Assembly (NCBI GenBank): GCA_045106895.1
Contig: JBGCFM010000042.1
Span: forward strand, 1-61,929
DNA from: Polyangiales bacterium
GTDB taxonomy: Bacteria > Myxococcota_A > Polyangia > Polyangiales > Houyiibacteriaceae
DNA: 61,929 nt
Direction of reading: 5' to 3'
Shown: one piece after another, positions 38,997 through 47,734 of the stretch
Position numbering within the stretch: position 1 is the first letter of the stretch
Layout of the letters: the number at the start of each line of letters is the position of its first letter
Made by a program: the position numbers and the translations under genes
Notes under the pieces: generated by a model
Databases searched by the model: none
The model's input: only the letters and a program-made list of their open reading frames with translations
Told to the model about the DNA's origin: nothing

Positions 38997-41426
38997 ATGA
39001 CTTCTTCGAGGGCACTTGCCTTTCTCGTCCTACTTGCAGCCTGCGACTGCTCCTCCACGGACCCAAGCCGGCCCTGCACGAGTGACAGCGAGTGCGCGGG
39101 AGACTCCTGCATCGACGGTTTCTGCGAAGAGGTCATTCCCGACGCCGGCAACCCGGACACGCCCGGGAGCGACGTCATGTCGATGTGCATGGCCCCCGAG
39201 GTCCTGTGCGGTGGCGGGTGCTGCGTCGAAGGCGAGCTCTGCATGGACGGCCGCTGCGTCGAAGACTGCGGAAGCGCCGAGCGTTGCGGAAGCATGTGCT
39301 GCGGTGAAGGAAGCACGTGCGAAGACGACCGCTGCGTCGCGGTGTGCGACGACATCACCGACCGATGCGGCACGATGGATGAGCTTTGCTGCACCTCGGA
39401 CCAGGCATGTCTCGCGAGCAGCTGCGTGGACCTTGGTGTTCCGTGTGAGTTCACCGAAGACTGCGCCATCGACGAGATCTGCTTGCCGAGCGAGAGCCGC
39501 TGCGTACCCCGCGACAGCGTGGATGTTTGCGAGTTCCGACCGCCCGTCGGTGAGTTCAACCCAACCGTCGGTTGCCGCTGGACGCCGCCCGCCGGCACCT
39601 TCGGCAACTCCCACGCCGTGGTCATGACGCCCTCCGTCGCAAACCTCACCGACGACAACGAGGACGGCGAGACCAACACCTTGGACATTCCGGACATCGT
39701 CTTCGCAAGCTACGTGCGAAGCGCCGGTTGCTGCCAGGCCGACGCCGTGATCCGAATCGTCAGCGGTTTGTGCAACGACGATGGCACCATGAACACCCTC
39801 GCATCGCTTCCGATGCCCGCCTACGACAACTCGAACGGCGTCCTCCTCGCGAACCTCCATCCGGACAGCATGGAGGACGAGCGAAACCCCGAAATTGTCG
39901 CGTCATTCCGAAATGGAACCACCCTCGCCTGGCGCCGAACCGCCGACGACGGAAGCGCGTGGGAAGAGATGTGGCGCACGGACGCACTCACGACGGATCA
40001 GTCCTCAAGCGGCGCCCAGCCAGGAGCCGCAGACTTCAACGGCGACGGCCAACCCGAGGTCTACGTCGGCAACGTCGTCCTCAACGGTCTCACCGGAGAG
40101 ATCCTCTGGAACGGCGATACGACCGTCGGACCGAACTCTGGTGTTGGCAATAACGCTTTCCTCGGCCCCGTCTCCACCGCCGCGGACCTCGACCTCGACG
40201 GCAACCTCGAGCTCATCGCTGGCAACACCGTCTACAACGGCATCGACGGAACGGAGGTCTGGAGCTTCGAGTTTACGACTTCCAACGGAAACTGCGGCGG
40301 CGGCGCGCGAGGATGCGATGGATACGACGCCGTCGGAAACTTCGACGACGACGACGAAGGTGAAGTGGTCATCGTTCGCCAAGGCGAGGTCTTCGTCATC
40401 GGCCATGACGGCGTGCTTCAGGCACGGGTGCCGATCCCCGTCGACGACTGCGGGTCCAACGAGAGCGGCCCGCCAACCGTCGCGGACTTCGACGGCGATG
40501 GCCGCGCTGAGATTGGAACCGCCGGCGCGGACTTCTACGTGGTCGTAGACCTCGACTGCATTGGGGACCCGGTTCCCGACGGTTGCGACAGCAACGGAAT
40601 CCTTTGGAAGGCTCCAAACAACGACTGCTCGAGCCGCGCGACCGGATCAAGCGTCTTCGACTTCGAAGGCGACGGAGCCGCCGAAGTGGTCTACGCCGAC
40701 GAGCAGAACTTCCGTATCTTTGACGGAGCCACCGGCACCGTGCTCTACGACGACGACACTCACGCCAGCAACACGCGCATGGAGATGCCCATCGTCGTCG
40801 ATGTCGACAACGACGGGAAGAGCGAGGTCATCGTTCCCGAGCCCAACCCTGACAGAAGCCTCGGCGGCATCGAGATCTGGGAAGACGTCGACAACAACTG
40901 GGTGCGAACCCGGCGTATCTGGAACCAGCACGCCTACCACGTGACGAACATCACCGAAGACGGCCAGGTGCCGCGCAACGAAGAGCCCAACTGGCTCAAC
41001 ACACGGCTGAACAACTTCCGGCAGAACGTGCAGCCGGGAGGTCTCTTTGACGCCCCGGACCTCATCATCTCAGAGATTCTCGCCGTCGGATGCGCCGCAG
41101 ACTCAGCCGCTCAGCTTCGCATCACGGTACGCAACAACGGCGCCCTCGGTGTCGCAGCCGGTGTGCCCGTCGCCGTCTACGCCACGCTGATGGACGGGAC
41201 CGAAGAGCTCGTCGGCGTCACAAACACCACGCGCTTTCTCCTCCCAGGTCAGGCGGAGACGGTGATGATCGACTGGCTTCCATCCACGGGCTGGACCACC
41301 GGCACGTTCTCCGTGCGAGCCATCGTCGACAGCGATGGCATGGGAGGCTCGACGTACAACGAGTGCGACGAGGACAACAACGAATCGACGAGCGCAGACG
41401 ACCTCCCTGGCTGCGGCCTGGTCTAG
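38997..41426 (+). CDS. Cys-rich FG-GAP/VCBS-repeat lipoprotein with C-terminal CARDB-like domain
   Basis: LAAC lipobox, CC-rich repeats, multiple DxDGDG..E motifs, WNQHAYHVTN, C-terminal ECDEDNN. Confidence 0.85.
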   Translation: MTSSRALAFLVLLAACDCSSTDPSRPCTSDSECAGDSCIDGFCEEVIPDAGNPDTPGSDVMSMCMAPEVLCGGGCCVEGELCMDGRCVEDCGSAERCGSMCCGEGSTCEDDRCVAVCDDITDRCGTMDELCCTSDQACLASSCVDLGVPCEFTEDCAIDEICLPSESRCVPRDSVDVCEFRPPVGEFNPTVGCRWTPPAGTFGNSHAVVMTPSVANLTDDNEDGETNTLDIPDIVFASYVRSAGCCQADAVIRIVSGLCNDDGTMNTLASLPMPAYDNSNGVLLANLHPDSMEDERNPEIVASFRNGTTLAWRRTADDGSAWEEMWRTDALTTDQSSSGAQPGAADFNGDGQPEVYVGNVVLNGLTGEILWNGDTTVGPNSGVGNNAFLGPVSTAADLDLDGNLELIAGNTVYNGIDGTEVWSFEFTTSNGNCGGGARGCDGYDAVGNFDDDDEGEVVIVRQGEVFVIGHDGVLQARVPIPVDDCGSNESGPPTVADFDGDGRAEIGTAGADFYVVVDLDCIGDPVPDGCDSNGILWKAPNNDCSSRATGSSVFDFEGDGAAEVVYADEQNFRIFDGATGTVLYDDDTHASNTRMEMPIVVDVDNDGKSEVIVPEPNPDRSLGGIEIWEDVDNNWVRTRRIWNQHAYHVTNITEDGQVPRNEEPNWLNTRLNNFRQNVQPGGLFDAPDLIISEILAVGCAADSAAQLRITVRNNGALGVAAGVPVAVYATLMDGTEELVGVTNTTRFLLPGQAETVMIDWLPSTGWTTGTFSVRAIVDSDGMGGSTYNECDEDNNESTSADDLPGCGLV

Positions 41427-41434
41427 GAACGTTC

Positions 41435-41764
41435 ATGGCTCGTCCAACTCTGGTCCGCGCAGTTCGCTATGTGGGCCTCCTTGAGGGGCTCTCCTACCTC
41501 CTGCTTCTTTTCATCGCGATGCCGCTCAAGTACGCGCTCGGCCTCCCCGCGGCTGTGCGCATCGTTGGCGCGGCCCACGGCGCTCTCTTCGTTCTGCTCG
41601 GCTGCCTCATCGCGTCAGCGGTCTTCGAAGGAGCGCTCACGAAGAAGGAGGCCGCGATGGTCGCTTTGGCGTCCTTGGTGCCCTTTGGTCCGCTCTTCGT
41701 CGACGCTCGTTTGCGAGCCGCATTGGCGCGAGCACAACCGAGCGGCACGCAGCCACAGGCCTAG
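41435..41764 (+). CDS. DUF3817-like small membrane protein
   Basis: EGLSYLLLLFIAMPLKY...GAAHGALF...SLVPFG. Confidence 0.82.
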   Translation: MARPTLVRAVRYVGLLEGLSYLLLLFIAMPLKYALGLPAAVRIVGAAHGALFVLLGCLIASAVFEGALTKKEAAMVALASLVPFGPLFVDARLRAALARAQPSGTQPQA

Positions 41765-41859
41765 CGCGATGCTTTGCGGCACCGTTTGAAGTCGCTCGTC
41801 CCTGTTCCCCCAAGGACGAGAGCCAACAAAGAGCGCGAAGACGCGCGAGAGAGCGAATC

Positions 41860-43347
41860 ATGACAACCACCAAACCAATGAAACTTCTCGTGGCGACTCT
41901 TGTTCTCGGCGTGCTCGCTTGCGGGGATCCGGACGCAGAGCGCGACGGCGGTCCAGACGCCTTGCAGCCCGACGGTGGCCAAAGGGACGCCCCCGCCTCC
42001 GATTCGTCACAGCCGGACGCCTCCCAGTCCGACGCTGCGCAGGCCGACGCAACAGCGCGTGCGGACGTGGCTGACGGAGGCCCTATTGGAGTCGACGTGA
42101 TGCCCATCGAGGACGGGGGTCCGGGTCTCGGCAGCACGCGTTACGTCGGGTCGATGCCCGCTTTTCGCATGGAGCTTGCCGACGCGAGTGGCAACATCGT
42201 CTGCCGCGTCCAAGACAACCCAGACCCCACGGCCCGCCCCGTCGCGACGGACTGCCCAGACGGGCTCTTCACCGAGCAGCTCTTCGATGAGCGGGGGGAC
42301 CGCGTCGGCATCGACCGCCCAGTGAACATCAATGCGAAGTTCACGCGCTACGAAGAGGTCCACTCGGACGACCTTCGGATCGTAGATCTCACGAGCCCCG
42401 TCGACCGCTTCGACGAAGGCCCCGCCGACCTGACCGGCGCCCCCGGCGACGCCAACTTCCGCGTCACCTGCCAGTTCTCGCACTTCTCCTACGACGATCC
42501 AATCGTGTACCCAGGAGACCCTGGCGCGGCGCATCTACATATGTTCTGGGGCAACACGCGCACGGACGCGTTCACGACCACGACGGAAAGTCTCGTCGAG
42601 GCCGGTGGAGGCACATGCAACGGATTCGAACTCAACCGGTCCGCCTATTGGACGCCCGCGCTCGTGGACGGAGACGGCAACGCACTCATCCCCCAACAGA
42701 TCATCATCTACTACAAGACCAAGAACCTGAACGAACCTGGCATCACGGAGGTCCAGCCGATGCCCCAAGGTCTTCGCCTCATCGCCGGGGCATCCGCGAG
42801 TTCGGGGCCCTTCTCACTTCCCCCCTCCCATGAAGAGCAGAGGCTCTTCTGGTCTTGCGGTCGATCCGGATCCGTCAGAAATCGCTCTGCTCAGGTTCCG
42901 CAATGCGAAGAAGGCGAGCAGGTCAACGCGACAATCTACTTCCCGCAGTGCTGGAACGGCGTCGACCTCGACTCCCCGAACCACCGCGACCACGTGGCCC
43001 GCGTCAACGTTGGGGCGCCGTGCCCTGAAACGCACCCCGTGCGCATCCCCGAGCTCGGCTTCTTGCTCTACTACGAACAAAGCGGCGACACCTCCGAATG
43101 GCGCCTCGACTCGGACCACGAGCACGGCGGCGAGATGGTTCGCGGCGGCTCCCTCCACGCGGACTGGATCGCTGGCTGGTCCGACGACGCGATGGACCTC
43201 TGGCTCGACGGCTGCATCAGAACGGGACGCAACTGCACGCTGGGCCAGACGGGAACGGCTCAGACCTTAGAACGTCTGAACGGAACAGAATCCGACAGTT
43301 GGCCTGGTCCCTACGCCGTCGAAGCGCCGGCGAGGCCAAGCCGCTGA
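41860..43347 (+). CDS. DUF1996-domain lipoprotein
   Basis: DDPIVYPG.PGAAHLHMFWG, NRSAYWTP, FPQCWNG..LDS..H..HV, SLHADW; VLAC lipobox; start may be 41878. Confidence 0.85.
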   Translation: MTTTKPMKLLVATLVLGVLACGDPDAERDGGPDALQPDGGQRDAPASDSSQPDASQSDAAQADATARADVADGGPIGVDVMPIEDGGPGLGSTRYVGSMPAFRMELADASGNIVCRVQDNPDPTARPVATDCPDGLFTEQLFDERGDRVGIDRPVNINAKFTRYEEVHSDDLRIVDLTSPVDRFDEGPADLTGAPGDANFRVTCQFSHFSYDDPIVYPGDPGAAHLHMFWGNTRTDAFTTTTESLVEAGGGTCNGFELNRSAYWTPALVDGDGNALIPQQIIIYYKTKNLNEPGITEVQPMPQGLRLIAGASASSGPFSLPPSHEEQRLFWSCGRSGSVRNRSAQVPQCEEGEQVNATIYFPQCWNGVDLDSPNHRDHVARVNVGAPCPETHPVRIPELGFLLYYEQSGDTSEWRLDSDHEHGGEMVRGGSLHADWIAGWSDDAMDLWLDGCIRTGRNCTLGQTGTAQTLERLNGTESDSWPGPYAVEAPARPSR

Positions 43348-43351
43348 GCGG

Positions 43352-43834
43352 CTACTTCTTGCGAAAGTCGACCTTCACGACGGTGCCGCCGGGCTTCTCC
43401 CCCGTGGCCTCCGCTTCGGCCTCCGGCGCCGGTTCCGTGATCGCCTCTTCGTTCTCGCGGCGCGGCAGCTTCACTTCGTACTGGAGCGCGAACTCCACGG
43501 ACGGGTCAGCAAATGTCGTCACGGCGGCGTAAGGCACGCGGAGCAACGAAGGCACGCCGCCAAAACTCAGCCGGACTTCAAAGCACTCATGGTCGACGAG
43601 GAGGTCGCTGAACTGGTTCTGCAAGACGATGGTCATCTTCTCGGGGTACTGAACGCGGAGATGAGACGGGATCTCGACGCCCTCAACACGGGTGCGAAAC
43701 TCGATGAAGAAGTGGTGATCTCCCGGTAGACCCTCGTCGACGATGCGACCGAGGACTCGAGGGATCACTCCACGAAGTGCTTCGACGGTGATTTCTCGGT
43801 ACGGGATGAGAGACTTTGATTTCGAATCGGCCAC
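43352..43834 (-). CDS. sspB: SspB-family ClpXP adaptor (alphaproteobacterial type)
   Basis: ALRGVI..VL......GLPGDHHFFI.F.T...GV, QYPEKMTIVLQNQF, LSFGG, FADPSV.F, C-terminal DFRKK. Confidence 0.85.
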   Translation of the reverse strand: MADSKSKSLIPYREITVEALRGVIPRVLGRIVDEGLPGDHHFFIEFRTRVEGVEIPSHLRVQYPEKMTIVLQNQFSDLLVDHECFEVRLSFGGVPSLLRVPYAAVTTFADPSVEFALQYEVKLPRRENEEAITEPAPEAEAEATGEKPGGTVVKVDFRKK

Positions 43835-43872
43835 GCCCCGTTCTGAAGGGCCGGCCTCGCCGGGGCAAGCGC

Positions 43873-44742
43873 TTAGAACTGGTTCGCGAGGTAGAGGCTG
43901 ATGACGGGCCCGGCGGTCTGGGAGCGAAGAAACCCAAGGCCGCCTTCAAGGGAGACGCCGACGAAGGAGTCGTCGATGAACTCGTACTCGCCTTCGAGGG
44001 ACACCCCGGCCCAGCTGACTCCGTTGCCGAGGCCACTCGGTGTGTTCACGCGCTCCGCGCTACCGAAGCGCAGGGAGTGGGCGCCGCTGACGCGCATCCG
44101 TCCTCGAAGCCTGGGACGAAAGTTGAGGCCCGCCTCGACGCTCCAGGTGAAGCGGTCGTCGTAGCCGCGGTTTCGGATGGCGTAACCCACGGACGCAGCG
44201 AGGTACCAGGTGTCGAAGGCGTAGCCGAACTCCAACTTCGTCGACGTGGACCACGCGCCTTCACCCAATTGCAGCTGCCCGAGAGTTTCGTACTCGCCTT
44301 CGTCGTTTGGGTGACGCGAGAATACGGTCTGCACGGGCTCAGCGTTGGCCAGAGGAGCGCGGACGCCAAGACTCAACGACATCGCGAGACGGTCGCGGGC
44401 GACGAACTGCCATGACGCGCCGATGGCGGGATCTCCGCTCGCGACATGTGCGCGCCGCCGATTTTCCACGGGGTCGCGCAGGTAAAACGTCCGAACAAGA
44501 TCGCTCTGCCACCAAAACGCAAAACGCGCGCCGAGGCCGACTTGCCCGTAGCTCGCGACGAAAAGCTCATGGTAGTTGGCGTAGTCGCTGGTCTCGCGTT
44601 CGGCGTTCACGAAGCCGAAGCCCAGGAGATACTTCATCCATATTTTGGCGTAGCCATGCCCTTGCTCCGGCGCCCACGGCGAAGCGTGGGCCGGTGCTGC
44701 GAGAAGACTCAACGCCACGGCGACCGCGGCGAGGAGCTTCAC
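43873..44742 (-). CDS. Putative outer-membrane beta-barrel protein
   Basis: Signal peptide ending AHA, amphipathic strands, terminal Phe; GTGA overlap with the upstream gene. Confidence 0.65.
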   Translation of the reverse strand: MKLLAAVAVALSLLAAPAHASPWAPEQGHGYAKIWMKYLLGFGFVNAERETSDYANYHELFVASYGQVGLGARFAFWWQSDLVRTFYLRDPVENRRRAHVASGDPAIGASWQFVARDRLAMSLSLGVRAPLANAEPVQTVFSRHPNDEGEYETLGQLQLGEGAWSTSTKLEFGYAFDTWYLAASVGYAIRNRGYDDRFTWSVEAGLNFRPRLRGRMRVSGAHSLRFGSAERVNTPSGLGNGVSWAGVSLEGEYEFIDDSFVGVSLEGGLGFLRSQTAGPVISLYLANQF

Positions 44743-46127
44743 TGAACGTCTACCCGCAAGGAGAGCGGCGCGTCGACGAGGGCGCCCGCGCTGACACTCT
44801 CGTCCACCTCACCGCCGCCCTCAAGCGGGAGCCGAAGCAGCTCGATGCCGCTCTCGCTGCGTGCAAGGAAGACCAGCTCATCGCCCCAAACGCAAAACGC
44901 CAGCGCATCCAAACGAGCAGGTAGCGGCGTCTCTAAAGGCTCGCCGAGGGCGGCGCTTTCCGGCTCGTAGCGAATCCAGGACTGCGCCATAAGCACAAGC
45001 AGACCCGCGCCCTCATCGAAGGCGACGCCGCGGACCTCCGCGCCGACGTCCTGTCGGATCGGCTCCGCATCGCCCAAGCGCAAGAGCAGCTCCGTGCCCA
45101 CGGACCATGCGACAAAGCGCTCATCCTCTCGACTTCGAACCGCGAGATGAGTGGCCTGCTCCTCGGCGAACTTCGTCCCCGCGGCGAGACGACCGGCGCC
45201 ATCTCCCGGGAAGAGAAAGAGGCCCGTCGAGTCTGCGCTAAGAACATCGATGTGATCGTCGCCGTCAAGGTTGATGAGGGCGAGGGCCCGCCCGCCGGCG
45301 TGGAGAATCTGCCGATGCGTCCGGACCGGGGATGGTCCTCCCGCGATGACCCAAGCTTCGCTCGGGCGCCGTCCGAATCCGTCGGCTTGGTGAAGGGCGA
45401 CGAGGTCCATGCCGGGGCGACCGTCCATCTCGGCGCTCGCCATCGCGAGGGCCGAGATGGGGGCAAGGACCTGAGGCTCCCGGAGACCGCCACGTTCGTC
45501 GCTCGGCACGAGGACGAGCCGGCTGGCGCTGGCGCTCTCCGCTGGTCCGATGAAGCCGACGAGGAGGTCGTCGAGACCATCGCCGCCTAGGTCCGTCAGA
45601 GCAACATTCGCAGCCCGCGCCGGCGTCGAGCTGGCGTCGCGAACCATTCCCACGCGCATGATGCCCGCGCCGGAGCGACCGAGAATATTCACCTCCGCGC
45701 CACAGCTCACGATGAGCTCCGGCTCAGCGTCGCCGACGAGCTGCCCCGATGTGATGGACACCGGCGCTAGAGGGTCGTCGCACACACGAAGGGCGACGCT
45801 CGTCGCAAAGGGCGACGCGAGTGGTGCGCTCGGGGGCTCCGTACCGTCGTCTTCGACGGCCACCGGCACCGGAGCCGCCGGCGCCTCATCGTCCGGCGTC
45901 TCTTCCGTCGGCTCGTTCGGCGTCTCCTCCGGTGTCTCCTCCGAGGTGTCGTCCGCCGGCGCAGGGTCCGACGGCGCCTCGCCATCGGCGTCCTCCACGT
46001 CGGTCGCCGCCGAATCTGGGCTCGGAAGTACGCCTGCGGCCCATGCGACGCCGCCGAGGAGCCCCCAGACGCCTGCAAAAAGGCCCAAGGCTCGCAGCGT
46101 GGCTAGGATTTTGGCGCCGAAAGTCAC
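44739..46127 (-). CDS. VCBS/FG-GAP repeat protein with acidic Pro-rich linker
   Basis: DLGGDGLDDL, DGRPGMDL, NLDGDDHID repeats; N-terminal hydrophobic segment; GTG start at 46127 is tentative. Confidence 0.75.
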   Translation of the reverse strand: MTFGAKILATLRALGLFAGVWGLLGGVAWAAGVLPSPDSAATDVEDADGEAPSDPAPADDTSEETPEETPNEPTEETPDDEAPAAPVPVAVEDDGTEPPSAPLASPFATSVALRVCDDPLAPVSITSGQLVGDAEPELIVSCGAEVNILGRSGAGIMRVGMVRDASSTPARAANVALTDLGGDGLDDLLVGFIGPAESASASRLVLVPSDERGGLREPQVLAPISALAMASAEMDGRPGMDLVALHQADGFGRRPSEAWVIAGGPSPVRTHRQILHAGGRALALINLDGDDHIDVLSADSTGLFLFPGDGAGRLAAGTKFAEEQATHLAVRSREDERFVAWSVGTELLLRLGDAEPIRQDVGAEVRGVAFDEGAGLLVLMAQSWIRYEPESAALGEPLETPLPARLDALAFCVWGDELVFLARSESGIELLRLPLEGGGEVDESVSAGALVDAPLSLRVDVQ

Positions 46128-46204
46128 AACCCTGCCTGTAGCACACGGCATCGATGGGCGACGATTCTTCGGCAGACGTCGACGGGGAGGGATATCGTCG
46201 GCCC

Positions 46205-47686
46205 ATGGAGGCCCCGGCGGAGACGAAGCAGCCCGCAGCGACGAGCCGGGGAGGACGCCGTCTTCGCCGACCCGCGACCATCGTGGTTGTGGCCATCGTC
46301 GCGCTCTTCGTGCCCTTTCCAGAGCCGCGCCTCGAGGCTTTTGGCGGAGAGGTCTTCGAATGGAGCATCGACGACGAGCTCGACGTCTTGAAAGCGACCT
46401 TCGACACCCAGCGGGCAGAAGGCTGCGACGACTTCCAAAGCGACGTGCTCCTCGCGCCGATTCGCGCACGCCTTGAGCCCCTTCGAAACGCGGATGAGCG
46501 TTCGCCGCTCTGGGGCGAAGTCCGAACACGCGTCTTCCAGGCGGCGGCTCGTTTTGCGGCGTGCCCCTCGGAGGTCGCCGCGTTGATGGAAACCTATGCG
46601 CAGGTCCGTATCGCGGCGAAGGACGCGTCCCGCGCGTTCCGTCCCGAGGACCGGGACGCTCGCCGACAGCTCTACGGCCTCCTCTACGGAAGCCGCATGG
46701 CGGTGGAAGAGGTTCTCTTGCAGCTACCTCCGGACGAGATGCCCGCGCTCCTTCATGGCCGCGATGAAGAAAGCGCGTCTCCAGGTACGCAGATTCACGG
46801 CGTCCAGGTTCACAGCGGAGATATCCTCGTCTCTCGCGGCGGCGCGCCAACCTCCGCGATGATCGCCCGCGGCAACGACTTCCCCGGGAACTTCTCCCAC
46901 GTGGCGCTTGTTCACGTCGACGAAGACGGTGTGTTTCGCACCATCGAGTCACACATCGAGCGCGGCGTGGTGGTGGACGGTCTCGCTCGTTATGAGGACG
47001 ACACGAAGCTACGCATCATGCTCCTTCGTCCACGCGCGGACCTTCGACGGGGCGTCGCCTTCGCGCACTCCGCGGCGGAACATGCCGTCGCCCAAGTCGA
47101 AGCGGGACACATCCCGTATGACTTTCAGAGCAACCTCGAAGACGACTCGGAGATGTTCTGCTCCGAGGTCGCGTCCCACGCGTACCGGCACGAGGATATC
47201 TACCTCTGGCGGGGTCTCACGACAATGTCTGGGCCCGGCGTCGCACGCTGGTTGGCGCTCTTTGGCGTCCGCCACTTCGAGACCTTTGGGCCCAGCGACC
47301 TGGAGTACGACGAGCAGCTCGTCGTCGTCGCCGAGTGGCGCAACCCGGATGTCCTCCACGCGGACCACCTCGATAACGCCGTCATGGACGTGATGCTCGA
47401 AGGCGCCGACGAAGGCGACACCCTTGGGTTTTCATGGTGGAAGCTCCCAATGGCTCGTCTCGCGAAGCTCTACAGCATGACCCTCAACCTCTTTGGCGAG
47501 GAAGGGCCCGTCCCCGAAGGCATGGACCCACAGGCGGCGCTTCGGGCACAGACGCTGGCTGAACGTCACGAGTCCCTCCGCGAAGAGGTCGAAGCCGCCG
47601 CGGCGGCTTACCGCCAAGAAGAAGGACACGCGGCTCCTTATTGGACGCTCGTCGACTTCGCGCGGGAAGCCATCGCCGCGGAGTAG
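46205..47686 (+). CDS. Permuted papain-like (YiiX/YebB-like NlpC/P60) cysteine hydrolase
   Basis: SGDILVSRG, FSHVALV (His before Cys), PYDF, FCSEVA; N-terminal transmembrane segment. Confidence 0.8.
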   Translation: MEAPAETKQPAATSRGGRRLRRPATIVVVAIVALFVPFPEPRLEAFGGEVFEWSIDDELDVLKATFDTQRAEGCDDFQSDVLLAPIRARLEPLRNADERSPLWGEVRTRVFQAAARFAACPSEVAALMETYAQVRIAAKDASRAFRPEDRDARRQLYGLLYGSRMAVEEVLLQLPPDEMPALLHGRDEESASPGTQIHGVQVHSGDILVSRGGAPTSAMIARGNDFPGNFSHVALVHVDEDGVFRTIESHIERGVVVDGLARYEDDTKLRIMLLRPRADLRRGVAFAHSAAEHAVAQVEAGHIPYDFQSNLEDDSEMFCSEVASHAYRHEDIYLWRGLTTMSGPGVARWLALFGVRHFETFGPSDLEYDEQLVVVAEWRNPDVLHADHLDNAVMDVMLEGADEGDTLGFSWWKLPMARLAKLYSMTLNLFGEEGPVPEGMDPQAALRAQTLAERHESLREEVEAAAAAYRQEEGHAAPYWTLVDFAREAIAAE

Positions 47687-47734
47687 CAACGCTCCGTTCC
47701 CTCAGGCAACGACGTACGCGTTATAGTGAGCGCC

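Noticed and set aside
46128..46952. Arg-rich N-terminal extension of the 737-aa minus-strand ORF
   Set aside because: Low-complexity off-frame translation overlapping the papain-like gene.
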